Shown piece by piece: positions 22,347 to 31,516 of a DNA stretch of 64,000 nt. Positions within the stretch are counted from its first letter, which is position 1, and every line of letters begins with the position of its first letter. The translations under genes were made by a program, and so were the position numbers. The notes under the pieces are model-generated. The model was given only the letters and a program-made list of their open reading frames with translations. It was not told the origin of the DNA and made no database searches. Source of the stretch: Candidatus Cloacimonadota bacterium (GTDB taxonomy: Bacteria; Cloacimonadota; Cloacimonadia; G963667145); the NCBI GenBank assembly GCA_963667255.1, contig OY762940.1:1504001-1568000 (forward strand), read 5' to 3'.

Positions 22347-24008
22347 ATGAAATTAACAGGAGCACAGATTGTTATTAAGGCATTGATTGAGCAAGGAGTT
22401 GACACCGTTTTCGGTTACCCTGGCGGCACAGCCCTGCCTATCTACGATGAACTTTACAAAAATAGAGATAAGATAAGCAATATTCTGCCCTCTCACGAAC
22501 AAAATGCCGCTCATGCAGCGGACTCTTATGCCAGAACTACGGGCAAAGTCGGAGTTTGTTTGGCTACCTCAGGTCCTGGTTCCACCAACTTGGTAACCGG
22601 CATAGCCACAGCCCATATGGACTCCAGCCCTATTATCGCCATTACCAGCAATGTCCCTCTCTCGATGATAGGCAGAGATAGCTTTCAAGAGATTGATATA
22701 GTTGGGATTACCATTGGGATTACCAAATACAATTACTTCGTGAAAGATGCAAATGACTTGGCAAAAATCGTCAAGGAAGCTTTTGTTATCGCAAGCTCAG
22801 GCAGAAAAGGTGCAGTGTTAATCGACATCCCCAAAGATGTTGCTTTGCAAGAAGTTGAGTATGAAGAACCTGCCTCCTACACTTTGGAAACTCCTCATCC
22901 CGAAAAAAGCAAAATAGAAGAGGTTGCCAAATACATCAACGAAAGCGAACGACCTTATGTATATTTCGGCGGAGGTGTAAACTCGCCCGAGAACTCCAAA
23001 GCTCTTAACGAATTTGTGAAGAAAATCAATTGTCCTGCGACTTCCAGCCTGATGGGCTTGGGTGCAATCGACCCAAATTATCCGCTCTACACGGGATTAA
23101 TCGGAATGCACGGCACAAAATTTACCAATATCGCCATCCAAAAAAGCGATATGGTTATCGCCATCGGAGCCAGATTTAGCGACAGAGTAACCGGAAAAGC
23201 CAACGCTTTTCTAAAAAAAGCTCATGTCGTCCACATAGACATCGACGAATCGGAAATTAGCAAAAACATAAACTCAACTATCGACCTCGTGGGAGATGCC
23301 GGCAAAATCTTGAGCGAACTGACCAAATTGATAAAGCCCAAGAATAATCCTGAATGGACGAAGACTATTTTAGAACTCAAAGACAAGCACGATATGGATT
23401 ACAGCAAGCCGGAAGGAAAATTGACCCCATACTCCATAATCAGAGAGTTGGACAAATCTACACCCGAGGAGACTATCGTCGCCACAGATGTGGGTCAACA
23501 TCAACTTTGGACAGCCCAATATTACAACTTCACCGCTCCGAGAAAGTTCATCACTTCTGGTGGACTGGGAACTATGGGCTTTGGGCTTGGTGCCGCCATC
23601 GGTGCACAATTCGCTTGCCCCAAAACTCCTGTTTTCCTGATAACAGGCGACGGCTCATTCCGCATGAACCTGCACGAACTCTCCACTGTTACAGCCTACA
23701 ATCTGCCTATCAAAATTGTTTTGCTGAACAACGGAACTCTGGGAATGGTGCGACAATGGCAAACTCTATTTTACGACAAGCGCTACTCTGCCACCACTTT
23801 GGACAGAGGACCACATTGGGACAAATTGGCAGAAGCTTACGACTTTACCTATTTCAATTTGGATACCAAAGAGAACTTGGAAGCAACCATGAAAGATTTC
23901 GTATCTTGCTCGGGACCTGCTATCCTGCACTGCAAAATTGACATAGACGAATGTGTGTTCCCCATAGTGCCTCCAGGAAAAGCCATAGAAAATGCAATAA
24001 CTAAATAA
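22347..24008 (+). CDS. ilvB: Acetolactate synthase large subunit
   Basis: FGYPGG, HEQ, TSGPG, GMHG, SGGLGTMG, GDGSF...NN TPP motif, GMVRQWQ. Confidence 0.97.
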   Translation: MKLTGAQIVIKALIEQGVDTVFGYPGGTALPIYDELYKNRDKISNILPSHEQNAAHAADSYARTTGKVGVCLATSGPGSTNLVTGIATAHMDSSPIIAITSNVPLSMIGRDSFQEIDIVGITIGITKYNYFVKDANDLAKIVKEAFVIASSGRKGAVLIDIPKDVALQEVEYEEPASYTLETPHPEKSKIEEVAKYINESERPYVYFGGGVNSPENSKALNEFVKKINCPATSSLMGLGAIDPNYPLYTGLIGMHGTKFTNIAIQKSDMVIAIGARFSDRVTGKANAFLKKAHVVHIDIDESEISKNINSTIDLVGDAGKILSELTKLIKPKNNPEWTKTILELKDKHDMDYSKPEGKLTPYSIIRELDKSTPEETIVATDVGQHQLWTAQYYNFTAPRKFITSGGLGTMGFGLGAAIGAQFACPKTPVFLITGDGSFRMNLHELSTVTAYNLPIKIVLLNNGTLGMVRQWQTLFYDKRYSATTLDRGPHWDKLAEAYDFTYFNLDTKENLEATMKDFVSCSGPAILHCKIDIDECVFPIVPPGKAIENAITK

Positions 24009-24043
24009 ACTATCTGCCTTCCTCAAAACTCGGGGAAGGCTTT
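23999..24043 (+). repeat. Terminator-like hairpin after ilvB; copy 1 of a ~45-bp direct repeat
   Basis: AACTAAATAAACTATCTGCCTTCCTCAAAACTCGGGGAAGGCTTT. Confidence 0.85.
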
Positions 24044-24060
24044 ATAAATCAAAATAAAAA

Positions 24061-24714
24061 ATGAATAATTTAGAATCTTTTTTGAAAATAGACAATTTAT
24101 ATAAATTTATATCTATTTTAGGAATTATACTATTTATAGCTCCATCTATTCTTGGCAATAGACTTGAAAAATTGCAAATAGAAGCCCTAAAACTTCAATC
24201 AGAAAGTAAAATTGTTAAGGAAAGCGCCAAAAGTCTTAATAACAAAGTGAAAAAATTTGAGAAAGACTTCATCAAAATTGAAAATAAAATAAAAATATCA
24301 CATATTAATTTATATAAATTATGTGAAGAAAAATATAAGTTACTTAGTAAACAAAAAGAAAACATTTCATTATTAGAAAAAAAACTTATAGATAAAAAAC
24401 TAAAAGATTTGAATAAAAGAATTAATTCAATAATACAAAAAAATAGAAAAAACTTTGATATTATGAATTATTATAATTCCCAAAATAATGAAAATTATAA
24501 ATCTGCCATTGAAAAACAAAAACTTGCAGAAAATCTTCTTATTAAAGCTAAAACCACAGAAATTGAACTTAACAATTATATGAAAGACTTATACAAAGAA
24601 GAAATATCAAAAATAATAGGTATTGCTTTAATAATATTAGGCGTTATTCTTTGGTATTTTAAAATACAAATTTATATTGACAAAGAAATTAAAAGTCAAA
24701 GTAAAACTCAATAA
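24061..24714 (+). CDS. AT-rich hypothetical protein (TM - coiled coil - TM)
   Basis: DNLYKFISILGIILFI N-terminal TM, Lys/Glu-rich helical middle, C-terminal TM GVILWYFKIQ; much more AT-rich than its neighbours. Confidence 0.75.
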   Translation: MNNLESFLKIDNLYKFISILGIILFIAPSILGNRLEKLQIEALKLQSESKIVKESAKSLNNKVKKFEKDFIKIENKIKISHINLYKLCEEKYKLLSKQKENISLLEKKLIDKKLKDLNKRINSIIQKNRKNFDIMNYYNSQNNENYKSAIEKQKLAENLLIKAKTTEIELNNYMKDLYKEEISKIIGIALIILGVILWYFKIQIYIDKEIKSQSKTQ

Positions 24715-24754
24715 AATATCCGCCTTCCTCAAAAATTTGGGGAAGGCTTTTTTT
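24705..24754. terminator. Terminator hairpin between the orphan ORF and convergent buk; copy 2 of the direct repeat
   Basis: AACTCAATAAAATATCCGCCTTCCTCAAAAATTTGGGGAAGGCTTTTTTT. Confidence 0.85.
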
Positions 24755-24756
24755 AT

Positions 24757-25836
24757 CTAATACTTTTTAGCCTCTTCTTCACCGTTGAGAACACGGAAGC
24801 ACGCCAAAGCTAAAGCCTCCATCTCCATCTCCCCCGGAATCTCGATTTGTCTGCCCAAAAATTCCAAATGCTCTTTAATAAACGGCATCAAATATTTTTG
24901 TGAGTACACCAATCCGCCGGTATAAATAACACCATCCACTTTGCCCTTTAGCACTGCCGCATAAGCTCCGGCATCTTTGGCAACTTGGTAACCCATAGCT
25001 TTATAAATAAGTTCTGCCTTCTTGTCGCCTTTGTCAATTCTCTCTTCGATTTCCCTACCGTCATCAGTGCCGAGATAGGCAATCAACCCACTTTGTTTGG
25101 CAAACTTTACCTCCAACTCTTTTTGAGTATATTTACCGGAACAAGCCAACCTGATAACTTCCCCAAGAGGCAAAGTTCCGGCTCGTTGTGGAGAAAAAGG
25201 TCCTGTGCCCAACAAAGCATTATTGAGATCTATGCATTTACCCTTTTCCACAGCCACCACAGAGATACCACCCCCCATATGAATGGCAACAAAATTGCAC
25301 TCATCCATAGGTTTGCCCACCATCTCGGCAGCTTTCCGCACACAAGCTCTAATATTGAGAGCATGCAACAAAGACCTTCTGCTTATTTCGGGAACTCCGG
25401 AAACTTTCGCAATCTCACTCATCTCGTCCACCGCAACAGGATCGGCGATATAACTACCAACTCCGATACTATCTGCCAAAGATTTAGCCAAAAAAGCTCC
25501 CAAATTAGAAGCATGAGTTCTTCCCCAAATCTTATCGGAAGTCAAATCATCAAGCATCGACTGACTAACTCTGTATGTCCCTCCCGCTACGGGTTTCATC
25601 ATGCCACCGCGACCAATTATCGCCGACATATCAGTCAATTTCATCCCCGATTGCTCGACAGTATCCAAAATAATCTTCTTTCTAAATTCCGCTTGCTCTT
25701 CCATAGTATCCAATTTTGCCAACTCTTCGTTGGGATGCCTTATCGTATTTTCAAAAAGCTCACCACTTTCATCATAAATCGCAATTTTTGTCGAGGTAGA
25801 CCCCGGATTAATAATAAGTATTTTTTTACTCATCAT
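24757..25836 (-). CDS. buk: Butyrate (branched-chain carboxylate) kinase
   Basis: INPGSTSTK, GRGG, HASNLGA, DPVAVDE, HALN, HMGGGIS, YTGG, PGEME. Confidence 0.96.
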   Translation of the reverse strand: MMSKKILIINPGSTSTKIAIYDESGELFENTIRHPNEELAKLDTMEEQAEFRKKIILDTVEQSGMKLTDMSAIIGRGGMMKPVAGGTYRVSQSMLDDLTSDKIWGRTHASNLGAFLAKSLADSIGVGSYIADPVAVDEMSEIAKVSGVPEISRRSLLHALNIRACVRKAAEMVGKPMDECNFVAIHMGGGISVVAVEKGKCIDLNNALLGTGPFSPQRAGTLPLGEVIRLACSGKYTQKELEVKFAKQSGLIAYLGTDDGREIEERIDKGDKKAELIYKAMGYQVAKDAGAYAAVLKGKVDGVIYTGGLVYSQKYLMPFIKEHLEFLGRQIEIPGEMEMEALALACFRVLNGEEEAKKY

Positions 25837-26035
25837 GACTCCTTAGATAATAATCACATTTAGTTTTATTGAAATTTGATATTTGTCAACTATTTTGTTT
25901 CCCCATTTACAAAGAAACTAAAATAATTCATATGCCATTGCTAATCAGCTAAGATAAAAAGTTTACAATTATGGAAAATTCCAAAAATTCTCTTTCACTA
26001 AAATATTTGACAAATTTTCCCAATCCTAAATCTTG

Positions 26036-26051
26036 TTCGTAAAAATACGAA
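26036..26051. promoter_or_regulatory. Putative ArsR operator (palindrome) just downstream of TTGACA 26007-26012
   Basis: Perfect inverted repeat TTCGTA-AAAA-TACGAA directly upstream of arsR; second copy at 26720. Confidence 0.7.
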
Positions 26052-26066
26052 ATGAGAGGTTCATAA

Positions 26067-26351
26067 GTGCTAACAAGCAAACAAGAAAAAATCGCCAGAT
26101 TCGCCAAAGCCATGGGTCATCCTGTGCGGATATTCGTTTTGCAACTGCTTTCCAAACAAAGCTGTTGCTATAGCGGCGACCTCTCGGAAGTGCTTCCTAT
26201 CGCCAAGTCAACTCTCTCCCAACATTTGAAAGAGTTAAAATCCGCAGGACTAATCCAAGGCGAAATCGAAGCTCCAAAAATCAAATATTGTATCAACAAA
26301 GAAAATTGGCAAGAAGCTCAAGAGTTGTTTAAAGAGTTTCTAAATATTTAA
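26067..26351 (+). CDS. arsR: ArsR/SmtB family regulator
   Basis: AKAMGHPVRI, SCCYSGDL, STLSQHLKELK..GLI, KYCI. Confidence 0.92.
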   Translation: MLTSKQEKIARFAKAMGHPVRIFVLQLLSKQSCCYSGDLSEVLPIAKSTLSQHLKELKSAGLIQGEIEAPKIKYCINKENWQEAQELFKEFLNI

Positions 26352-26371
26352 TTTTGAAAGGAGAACAAATT

Positions 26372-26701
26372 ATGCGTTTACTTCAAGAACTATTTCCGAA
26401 ATTTGCAGAAGAGTTTGATAAAATTGATGAGCTCTATAAAGAAAAACGAACAATTGATGAGAAGACCTATCAATTTATCTGCTTTGCACTCTCTATAAAA
26501 AATCGCTCTAAACCTTGCCTTATAAAACACTTTTTAGGAGCACTTGAGGCAGGAGCAAGTGTTAAAGAGCTGTCTTACATAATGGCTTTAACATTTAGAG
26601 AAAGTGCAGGAGGAGATGACTGCTGGACTCACGATGCTTTAGGGGACTATAAAAAGATGATTGAAGATGGGCTAAAATCATCTGATTGTTGTTCAAAATA
26701 A
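26372..26701 (+). CDS. Carboxymuconolactone decarboxylase/AhpD-like protein with C-terminal CC
   Basis: Start at ATG 26372 after AAGGAG; IDEKTYQFI.FALSI...CLIKH..GALEAGAS..EL CMD pattern. Confidence 0.75.
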   Translation: MRLLQELFPKFAEEFDKIDELYKEKRTIDEKTYQFICFALSIKNRSKPCLIKHFLGALEAGASVKELSYIMALTFRESAGGDDCWTHDALGDYKKMIEDGLKSSDCCSK

Positions 26702-26719
26702 TTTTTTTTGCCCAAATAT

Positions 26720-26735
26720 TTCGTAGTTTTGCGAA
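26720..26735. promoter_or_regulatory. Second putative ArsR operator
   Basis: TTCGTA-GTTT-TGCGAA, similar to the 26036 palindrome. Confidence 0.6.
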
Positions 26736-26762
26736 GAACGAATTATAAAAAAGGAGAAAAAA

Positions 26763-26999
26763 ATGGAAATCAAAATCTTGGGGACAGGTTGTTCCAAGTG
26801 CAAAAAATTAGAAGAAATCACACGGGAAGTTGCAAACGAGCTAAAACTAAATGCAAACATCGAGAAGGTGGAGGACATCCAAAAAATCATGGAATACGGA
26901 GTGATGAGCACTCCTGCTTTGGTTATCGACGGCAAAGTTGCTCTGTCGGGTAAATTACCAAAAGCCAAAGAGTTAGAAGAAATCTTAAAGGGAAATTAA
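26763..26999 (+). CDS. Small thioredoxin-like redox-active disulfide protein (MTH895/ArsE-like)
   Basis: IKILGTGCSKC, YGVMSTPALVIDG. Confidence 0.92.
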   Translation: MEIKILGTGCSKCKKLEEITREVANELKLNANIEKVEDIQKIMEYGVMSTPALVIDGKVALSGKLPKAKELEEILKGN

Positions 27000-27006
27000 G
27001 CAAAAT

Positions 27007-27420
27007 ATGAAAAAAATATTACTGCCTATTTTGCTTATCTTCAGCTTGTTGCTTGTCTCTTGCACCAAAAAAACCGAAAAAGCAGCAGACCCAAAACCGA
27101 TAGTAAATAACAATCAAGTGCAAGTTTACTATTTTCATGCCAGTCGCAGATGTGCTACCTGCAAAGCTGTAGAAACTGTCAGCGAAAAAGCCGTCCGAGA
27201 AAATTACGGAGACAAAGTTGCTTTCCAATCCATAAATATTGAAGATGAGAAAAATAATGCTTTAGTGCAAAAATACCAAATTTCAGGGCAAAGATTGCTT
27301 ATACTCAAAGGCGAAAACGGCTTTGATTTGACCTATTTTGCCTTTATGAATGCGATGAACAATCCTGATAGACTCAAAGAGCAAATCAAAATTTTTGTGG
27401 ATTCGTGCAAGGGAATGTAA
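27007..27420 (+). CDS. ArsF-like thioredoxin-fold lipoprotein
   Basis: Lipobox LVSC, VYYFHASRRCATC; sits before an ArsG-like gene. Confidence 0.75.
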   Translation: MKKILLPILLIFSLLLVSCTKKTEKAADPKPIVNNNQVQVYYFHASRRCATCKAVETVSEKAVRENYGDKVAFQSINIEDEKNNALVQKYQISGQRLLILKGENGFDLTYFAFMNAMNNPDRLKEQIKIFVDSCKGM

Positions 27421-27425
27421 TTTGT

Positions 27426-28124
27426 ATGGAAATTTTACAAAATTTACTGGAACACTCTCAATTTCCGATAGTTACAGCTTTCATTTTGGGGTTGATGACC
27501 GCCATCAGTCCTTGTCCTTTGGCGACAAATATCACCGCTATCGGCTTTATCAGTAAGGAAATCTCCAGTCGCAAAAAAGTTTTCCTCTGTGGTCTTGTTT
27601 ACACTCTCGGCAGAGCGATAACTTACACTGGCATCGGCTTGATTTTCTTTTTTGGAGCAAATCAATTTGAGTTTGCAAGTTTCCTACAAAAATGGGGCGA
27701 AAAAATTTTAGGTCCATTGCTGATAATCATCGGCTTATTTATGCTCGGAGTTATCAAAATCAACTTTTTGGGAACAAACTCCTTGGCGGAAAAAATAAGC
27801 AAAAATACGGGAAATAGCTTTTGGAAAGCACTTTTGTTGGGATTTTTTTTCGCTTTGGCTTTTTGTCCATATAGCGGAGTTTTGTATTTCGGAATGCTCA
27901 TTCCTATGAGTGTTGCCAGTCCCAGCGGACTTTTTTTGCCTGCAATTTTTGCCCTTGCCACAGGTTTGCCAGTCATCTTTTTCGCTTGGCTGATTGCTTT
28001 CGGACTTTGGTCAATCGGCAAAATATACGATAAAATAAAAAAATTTGAATTGTGGTTTCGCCGTGTAATCGCCTGTCTCTTCATTGCCGTTGGGATTTAC
28101 TACATCATCACAATTTACCTTTAA
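27426..28124 (+). CDS. ArsG-like (DsbD/CcdA-related) membrane protein
   Basis: LGLMTAISPCPLATNI, YTLGR, FALAFCPYS. Confidence 0.85.
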   Translation: MEILQNLLEHSQFPIVTAFILGLMTAISPCPLATNITAIGFISKEISSRKKVFLCGLVYTLGRAITYTGIGLIFFFGANQFEFASFLQKWGEKILGPLLIIIGLFMLGVIKINFLGTNSLAEKISKNTGNSFWKALLLGFFFALAFCPYSGVLYFGMLIPMSVASPSGLFLPAIFALATGLPVIFFAWLIAFGLWSIGKIYDKIKKFELWFRRVIACLFIAVGIYYIITIYL

Positions 28125-28140
28125 TCAATAGGATACGATA

Positions 28141-29184
28141 ATGAAACACAAAATTTGCGAATTTAACCAAAAAATGAACGGCTGTCTTTTCCCCATAATT
28201 TTATTGCCGATTTGGATTTTTCTCTATCATCATCTACAAACTTTCGCCGACTTCATCATCAACGACATTTTCCAAATGAGCACAGGCAAGCACCTGACCG
28301 AAACTTTGCGGTTTTTCATCTTTGAAGTGCCGAAAGTCCTGATGCTCCTCGTGTTAATAATCTGGGGAGTTGGCATCATCAGAACCTATTTTACCCCCGA
28401 ACGAACAAGAAAAATCTTGCAAGGGAAATCGCTATTTACAGGCAATATTCTCTCCGCCTTGCTCGGCATCGTTACCCCGTTTTGCTCCTGCTCTGCCATC
28501 CCTCTGTTCCTCGGATTTGTGGAAGCCGGAGTCCCCTTGGGAGTCACTTTCTCATTTCTGGTCGCCGCTCCAATGATTAACGAGGTCGCTTTGGTAATGC
28601 TAATCGGACTTTTCGGCTGGAAAGTCGCTCTAATCTATGTCGGCACAGGGCTATCAATCGCCATCACTTCGGGCTGGATAATCGGCAAATTGGGCTTGGA
28701 AAAATTCGTTGCCGAATGGGCTTACACCATCAAAGCCAACCTCGAGGGCGAAGTTGAAGAGAAAATAAGTTTCGCCCAAAGAATAAACTCTGGCTACCAA
28801 GCAGTCAGCGAAATCGTGGGCAAAATCTGGATTTACATCGTTATCGGTATCGCTGTGGGAGCGGGAGCTCACGGCTATGTTCCCGAAGATTTTTTGGGAC
28901 AAGTTCTCGGGAAAAACAACTGGTTCGGAGTTCCTTTGGCTATCGTTTTGGGAGTTCCCATGTATTCCAATGCGGCAGGCATCATTCCCATCGTGAGTGT
29001 CCTCATCGAAAAAGGTGTCTCGCTCGGCACGGCTCTGGCATTCATGATGTCGGTCATCGCTTTGTCTTTGCCGGAAATCATCATCTTGAAAAAAGTGCTA
29101 AAATGGCAATTGATAAGCATCTTCGTGGGAATTGTATCCGCGGGAATTGTAGCAGTTGGGTTTATTTTTAATTATGTGATGTGA
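28141..29184 (+). CDS. ArsP-type permease (DUF318)
   Basis: TPFCSCSAIP, APMINE, GVPMYSNAAG, LSLPE. Confidence 0.9.
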   Translation: MKHKICEFNQKMNGCLFPIILLPIWIFLYHHLQTFADFIINDIFQMSTGKHLTETLRFFIFEVPKVLMLLVLIIWGVGIIRTYFTPERTRKILQGKSLFTGNILSALLGIVTPFCSCSAIPLFLGFVEAGVPLGVTFSFLVAAPMINEVALVMLIGLFGWKVALIYVGTGLSIAITSGWIIGKLGLEKFVAEWAYTIKANLEGEVEEKISFAQRINSGYQAVSEIVGKIWIYIVIGIAVGAGAHGYVPEDFLGQVLGKNNWFGVPLAIVLGVPMYSNAAGIIPIVSVLIEKGVSLGTALAFMMSVIALSLPEIIILKKVLKWQLISIFVGIVSAGIVAVGFIFNYVM

Positions 29185-29306
29185 TTCAGCAGAAAAACTA
29201 CTTGTCAAAAAAAATAGCTTCAATATTATGCTTGTAAAATAAGAGAATATTAAAAAAATTCTTAATTAATCTAGTAGTTTAAAATTTCAATTTAAGATCT
29301 AAATTT

Positions 29307-29780
29307 ATGGTAAAAAATATGAATAAAAAGAATCAAACTGATTTATTAGAAGGTTATAAATTTTTATCACGAAATCATAGAACATTACACAATCAAAGAC
29401 GAAAATATGAATGGAAAGTTGTATTTACAATTTTAACATTATTTGTTTTGACTGTTTCCGCCTTTTATACAAATAATTTTAAAATTTCAAATGACCATAA
29501 ATATTTTGTATTTGTATTGGTACTTCTTAGTTTTGTAAGTCTAATAATTATTTCATATAAATTTTTAAAACTATTACATAAAGCAAATGCAAAAAACAAG
29601 CAAATAGCCGAATATTCAGAGGATAATCTTAACAAACTAATTAATAAAAAAGAATTAATATTTGAAAATTTTCAAAACATGCACCCAAATTTTGATTCTT
29701 GGGCATTTCGTTGGCAAATTTTAACAATTATTCTTTTCGCATTAATTGCTATAGGTTTAATATTTTTAAAAGTATGGTAA
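29307..29780 (+). CDS. AT-rich small three-TM hypothetical protein
   Basis: Charged N-terminal helix LLEGYKFL...NQRR, a TM hairpin, a linker and a C-terminal TM; very AT-rich. Confidence 0.7.
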   Translation: MVKNMNKKNQTDLLEGYKFLSRNHRTLHNQRRKYEWKVVFTILTLFVLTVSAFYTNNFKISNDHKYFVFVLVLLSFVSLIIISYKFLKLLHKANAKNKQIAEYSEDNLNKLINKKELIFENFQNMHPNFDSWAFRWQILTIILFALIAIGLIFLKVW

Positions 29781-30077
29781 TTAAAATTTAAGTACTTATA
29801 TTTTAAAACAATTTGATAAATAACTACTCCCCATCTCATAATGTTCATATTCTCATCATTATAGCCAATAATCAGTCTAAAGAAAAAATCAAACTCCATT
29901 GAAATTATCGCCTTTAAATTCCTTTTCAACCACACAATGTAAATCACTTTCTAAAAAACTACTTGCCAAGATTTTCTATAAGAACAACATTGGATTATCG
30001 GGGGGTCTGTATATTTTATCTGTAAAAAATTTGCTTGTCGCTTTACTATGTAAATAACTCAATAACAAGGAGATGTT

Positions 30078-30497
30078 ATGAAAATAAGTGCAAGAAATTT
30101 GTTGAAAGGCAAAATCGCCTCAATCGAAAAAGGTGCCGTTAACTCCGAAGTTGTTTTGGAATTAGACGGCGGAACCCCCATCACAACTATCATCACCAAT
30201 AAATCCGTGGACAATTTGGCGATTTCCGTTGGCTCTCCAGCTATGGCTATCATCAAGGCCACTCATGTCATCATCGGCACAGGCGATGCCAAACTAAGTG
30301 CTAGAAATATTTTAGCTGGAAAGGTTGCCGGCATAGAAGTTGGAGCTGTTAATACGGAAGTGAGTGTTGAAATTGGCGGAGGAAATGTGATTACCGCTAT
30401 GATTACCAAAAAATCTGCCGAAAATTTGGGATTGGCAAAAGGAAGCCCGGCCAAAGCTATTGTGAAAGCTTCCTCAATTATTTTGGCAGTTGACTAA
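30078..30497 (+). CDS. Molybdate/tungstate-binding protein with tandem Mop/TOBE domains (ModG-like)
   Basis: Two repeats of SARN.L.G.......GAVN.EV...IT..S...L......A.A..KA. Confidence 0.93.
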   Translation: MKISARNLLKGKIASIEKGAVNSEVVLELDGGTPITTIITNKSVDNLAISVGSPAMAIIKATHVIIGTGDAKLSARNILAGKVAGIEVGAVNTEVSVEIGGGNVITAMITKKSAENLGLAKGSPAKAIVKASSIILAVD

Positions 30498-30515
30498 TTT
30501 ACAAGAAAAGTTACT

Positions 30516-30549
30516 CAAAAGACAGGCTGAAAAAGTCTGTCTTTTGTTT
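30516..30549 (+). terminator. Intrinsic terminator
   Basis: CAAAAGACAGGCT-GAAAA-AGTCTGTCTTTTG followed by T residues. Confidence 0.8.
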
Positions 30550-30560
30550 ATGTATTCAAA

Positions 30561-31427
30561 ATGAACTCTAAAATAAAAGCTCTCGTCAATACCCTTTTAT
30601 GTGTTATATTGTGGGCACTTCTTCCTGTTGTTTCCAAATTGGGACAAACAAATCTCGATAACCATCAATTCCTTTTTTGGTCGAGCTTGGTTTCGTTCTT
30701 GATTTTTTTCGGAATAATATTGCCTCAGAAAAAAATAGAAACAATCGCAAAATTTTCCGTAAAAGACTGGGCTAATTCCATATTTTTAGGTTTCCTCGGT
30801 TCTTATTTGTATTACATATTACTCTATTTCGGATATGCAAACGCTCAAGGAATTGAAGTTTTGATAATTCAATTTTGTTGGCCTATTTTCGTGATTTTCC
30901 TTTCAATTTTCATTTTAAGAGAAAAAATAAATTCAAGAAAAGTGATGTCGGTTATTATAGGATTTTTTGGTGTCTTTTTGGTTTTGAGCAAAGGCAACTT
31001 TGGAAATGTCCATCTTGAAAATTTATTCGTTGATGGCATAGTTTTATTTGCTGCATTTGTCTTCGGACTTTTTTCCGTTTTGAGCAAAAGAGTTAAAACC
31101 GATTCTCTGTCGCTTGTGACAATCTATTTTTTGTCGGCAACGATATTTTCTTTTTTTCCAATGATTCTGTTTTCAGACTTTAAGTTGCCAACCAGAGAGA
31201 CAATTATGTCCATTCTACTCAACGGTGCTTTAGTAAACGGAATTTCGTATATTTTTTGGATAGAAGCATTGAAAAACGGGAAAGCATCTTTTATTGCCCC
31301 TTTTTTCTTTCTGACTCCTGTAATTTCCACAATACTACTAATCTTGCTTTTCAAAGAACCTTTCCATTTAATTTACCTGTTTGGAATGAGTTCAGTGATT
31401 TTAGGGGGTCTATTAAACAAAGAATGA
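30561..31427 (+). CDS. DMT/EamA family transporter
   Basis: About 10 TMs in two EamA-like halves; LREKI; YIFWIEALK. Confidence 0.9.
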   Translation: MNSKIKALVNTLLCVILWALLPVVSKLGQTNLDNHQFLFWSSLVSFLIFFGIILPQKKIETIAKFSVKDWANSIFLGFLGSYLYYILLYFGYANAQGIEVLIIQFCWPIFVIFLSIFILREKINSRKVMSVIIGFFGVFLVLSKGNFGNVHLENLFVDGIVLFAAFVFGLFSVLSKRVKTDSLSLVTIYFLSATIFSFFPMILFSDFKLPTRETIMSILLNGALVNGISYIFWIEALKNGKASFIAPFFFLTPVISTILLILLFKEPFHLIYLFGMSSVILGGLLNKE

Positions 31428-31516
31428 ACTTCATATTGTAAAATAAACCAAATAAATAAAAAGGACAATAAAATGCAATAACAACATTGCATACTGGTAA
31501 AAACAACATTAATACT

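Noticed and set aside
29672..29947. 91-aa minus-strand ORF or gene remnant
   Set aside because: It overlaps the 3' end of ORF 29307, has no RBS or motif, and is plausible by chance in AT-rich DNA
30040..30062. ModE box or Moco riboswitch upstream of the Mop gene
   Set aside because: Only a weak partial palindrome (TTTAC-TAT-GTAAA); not enough to call
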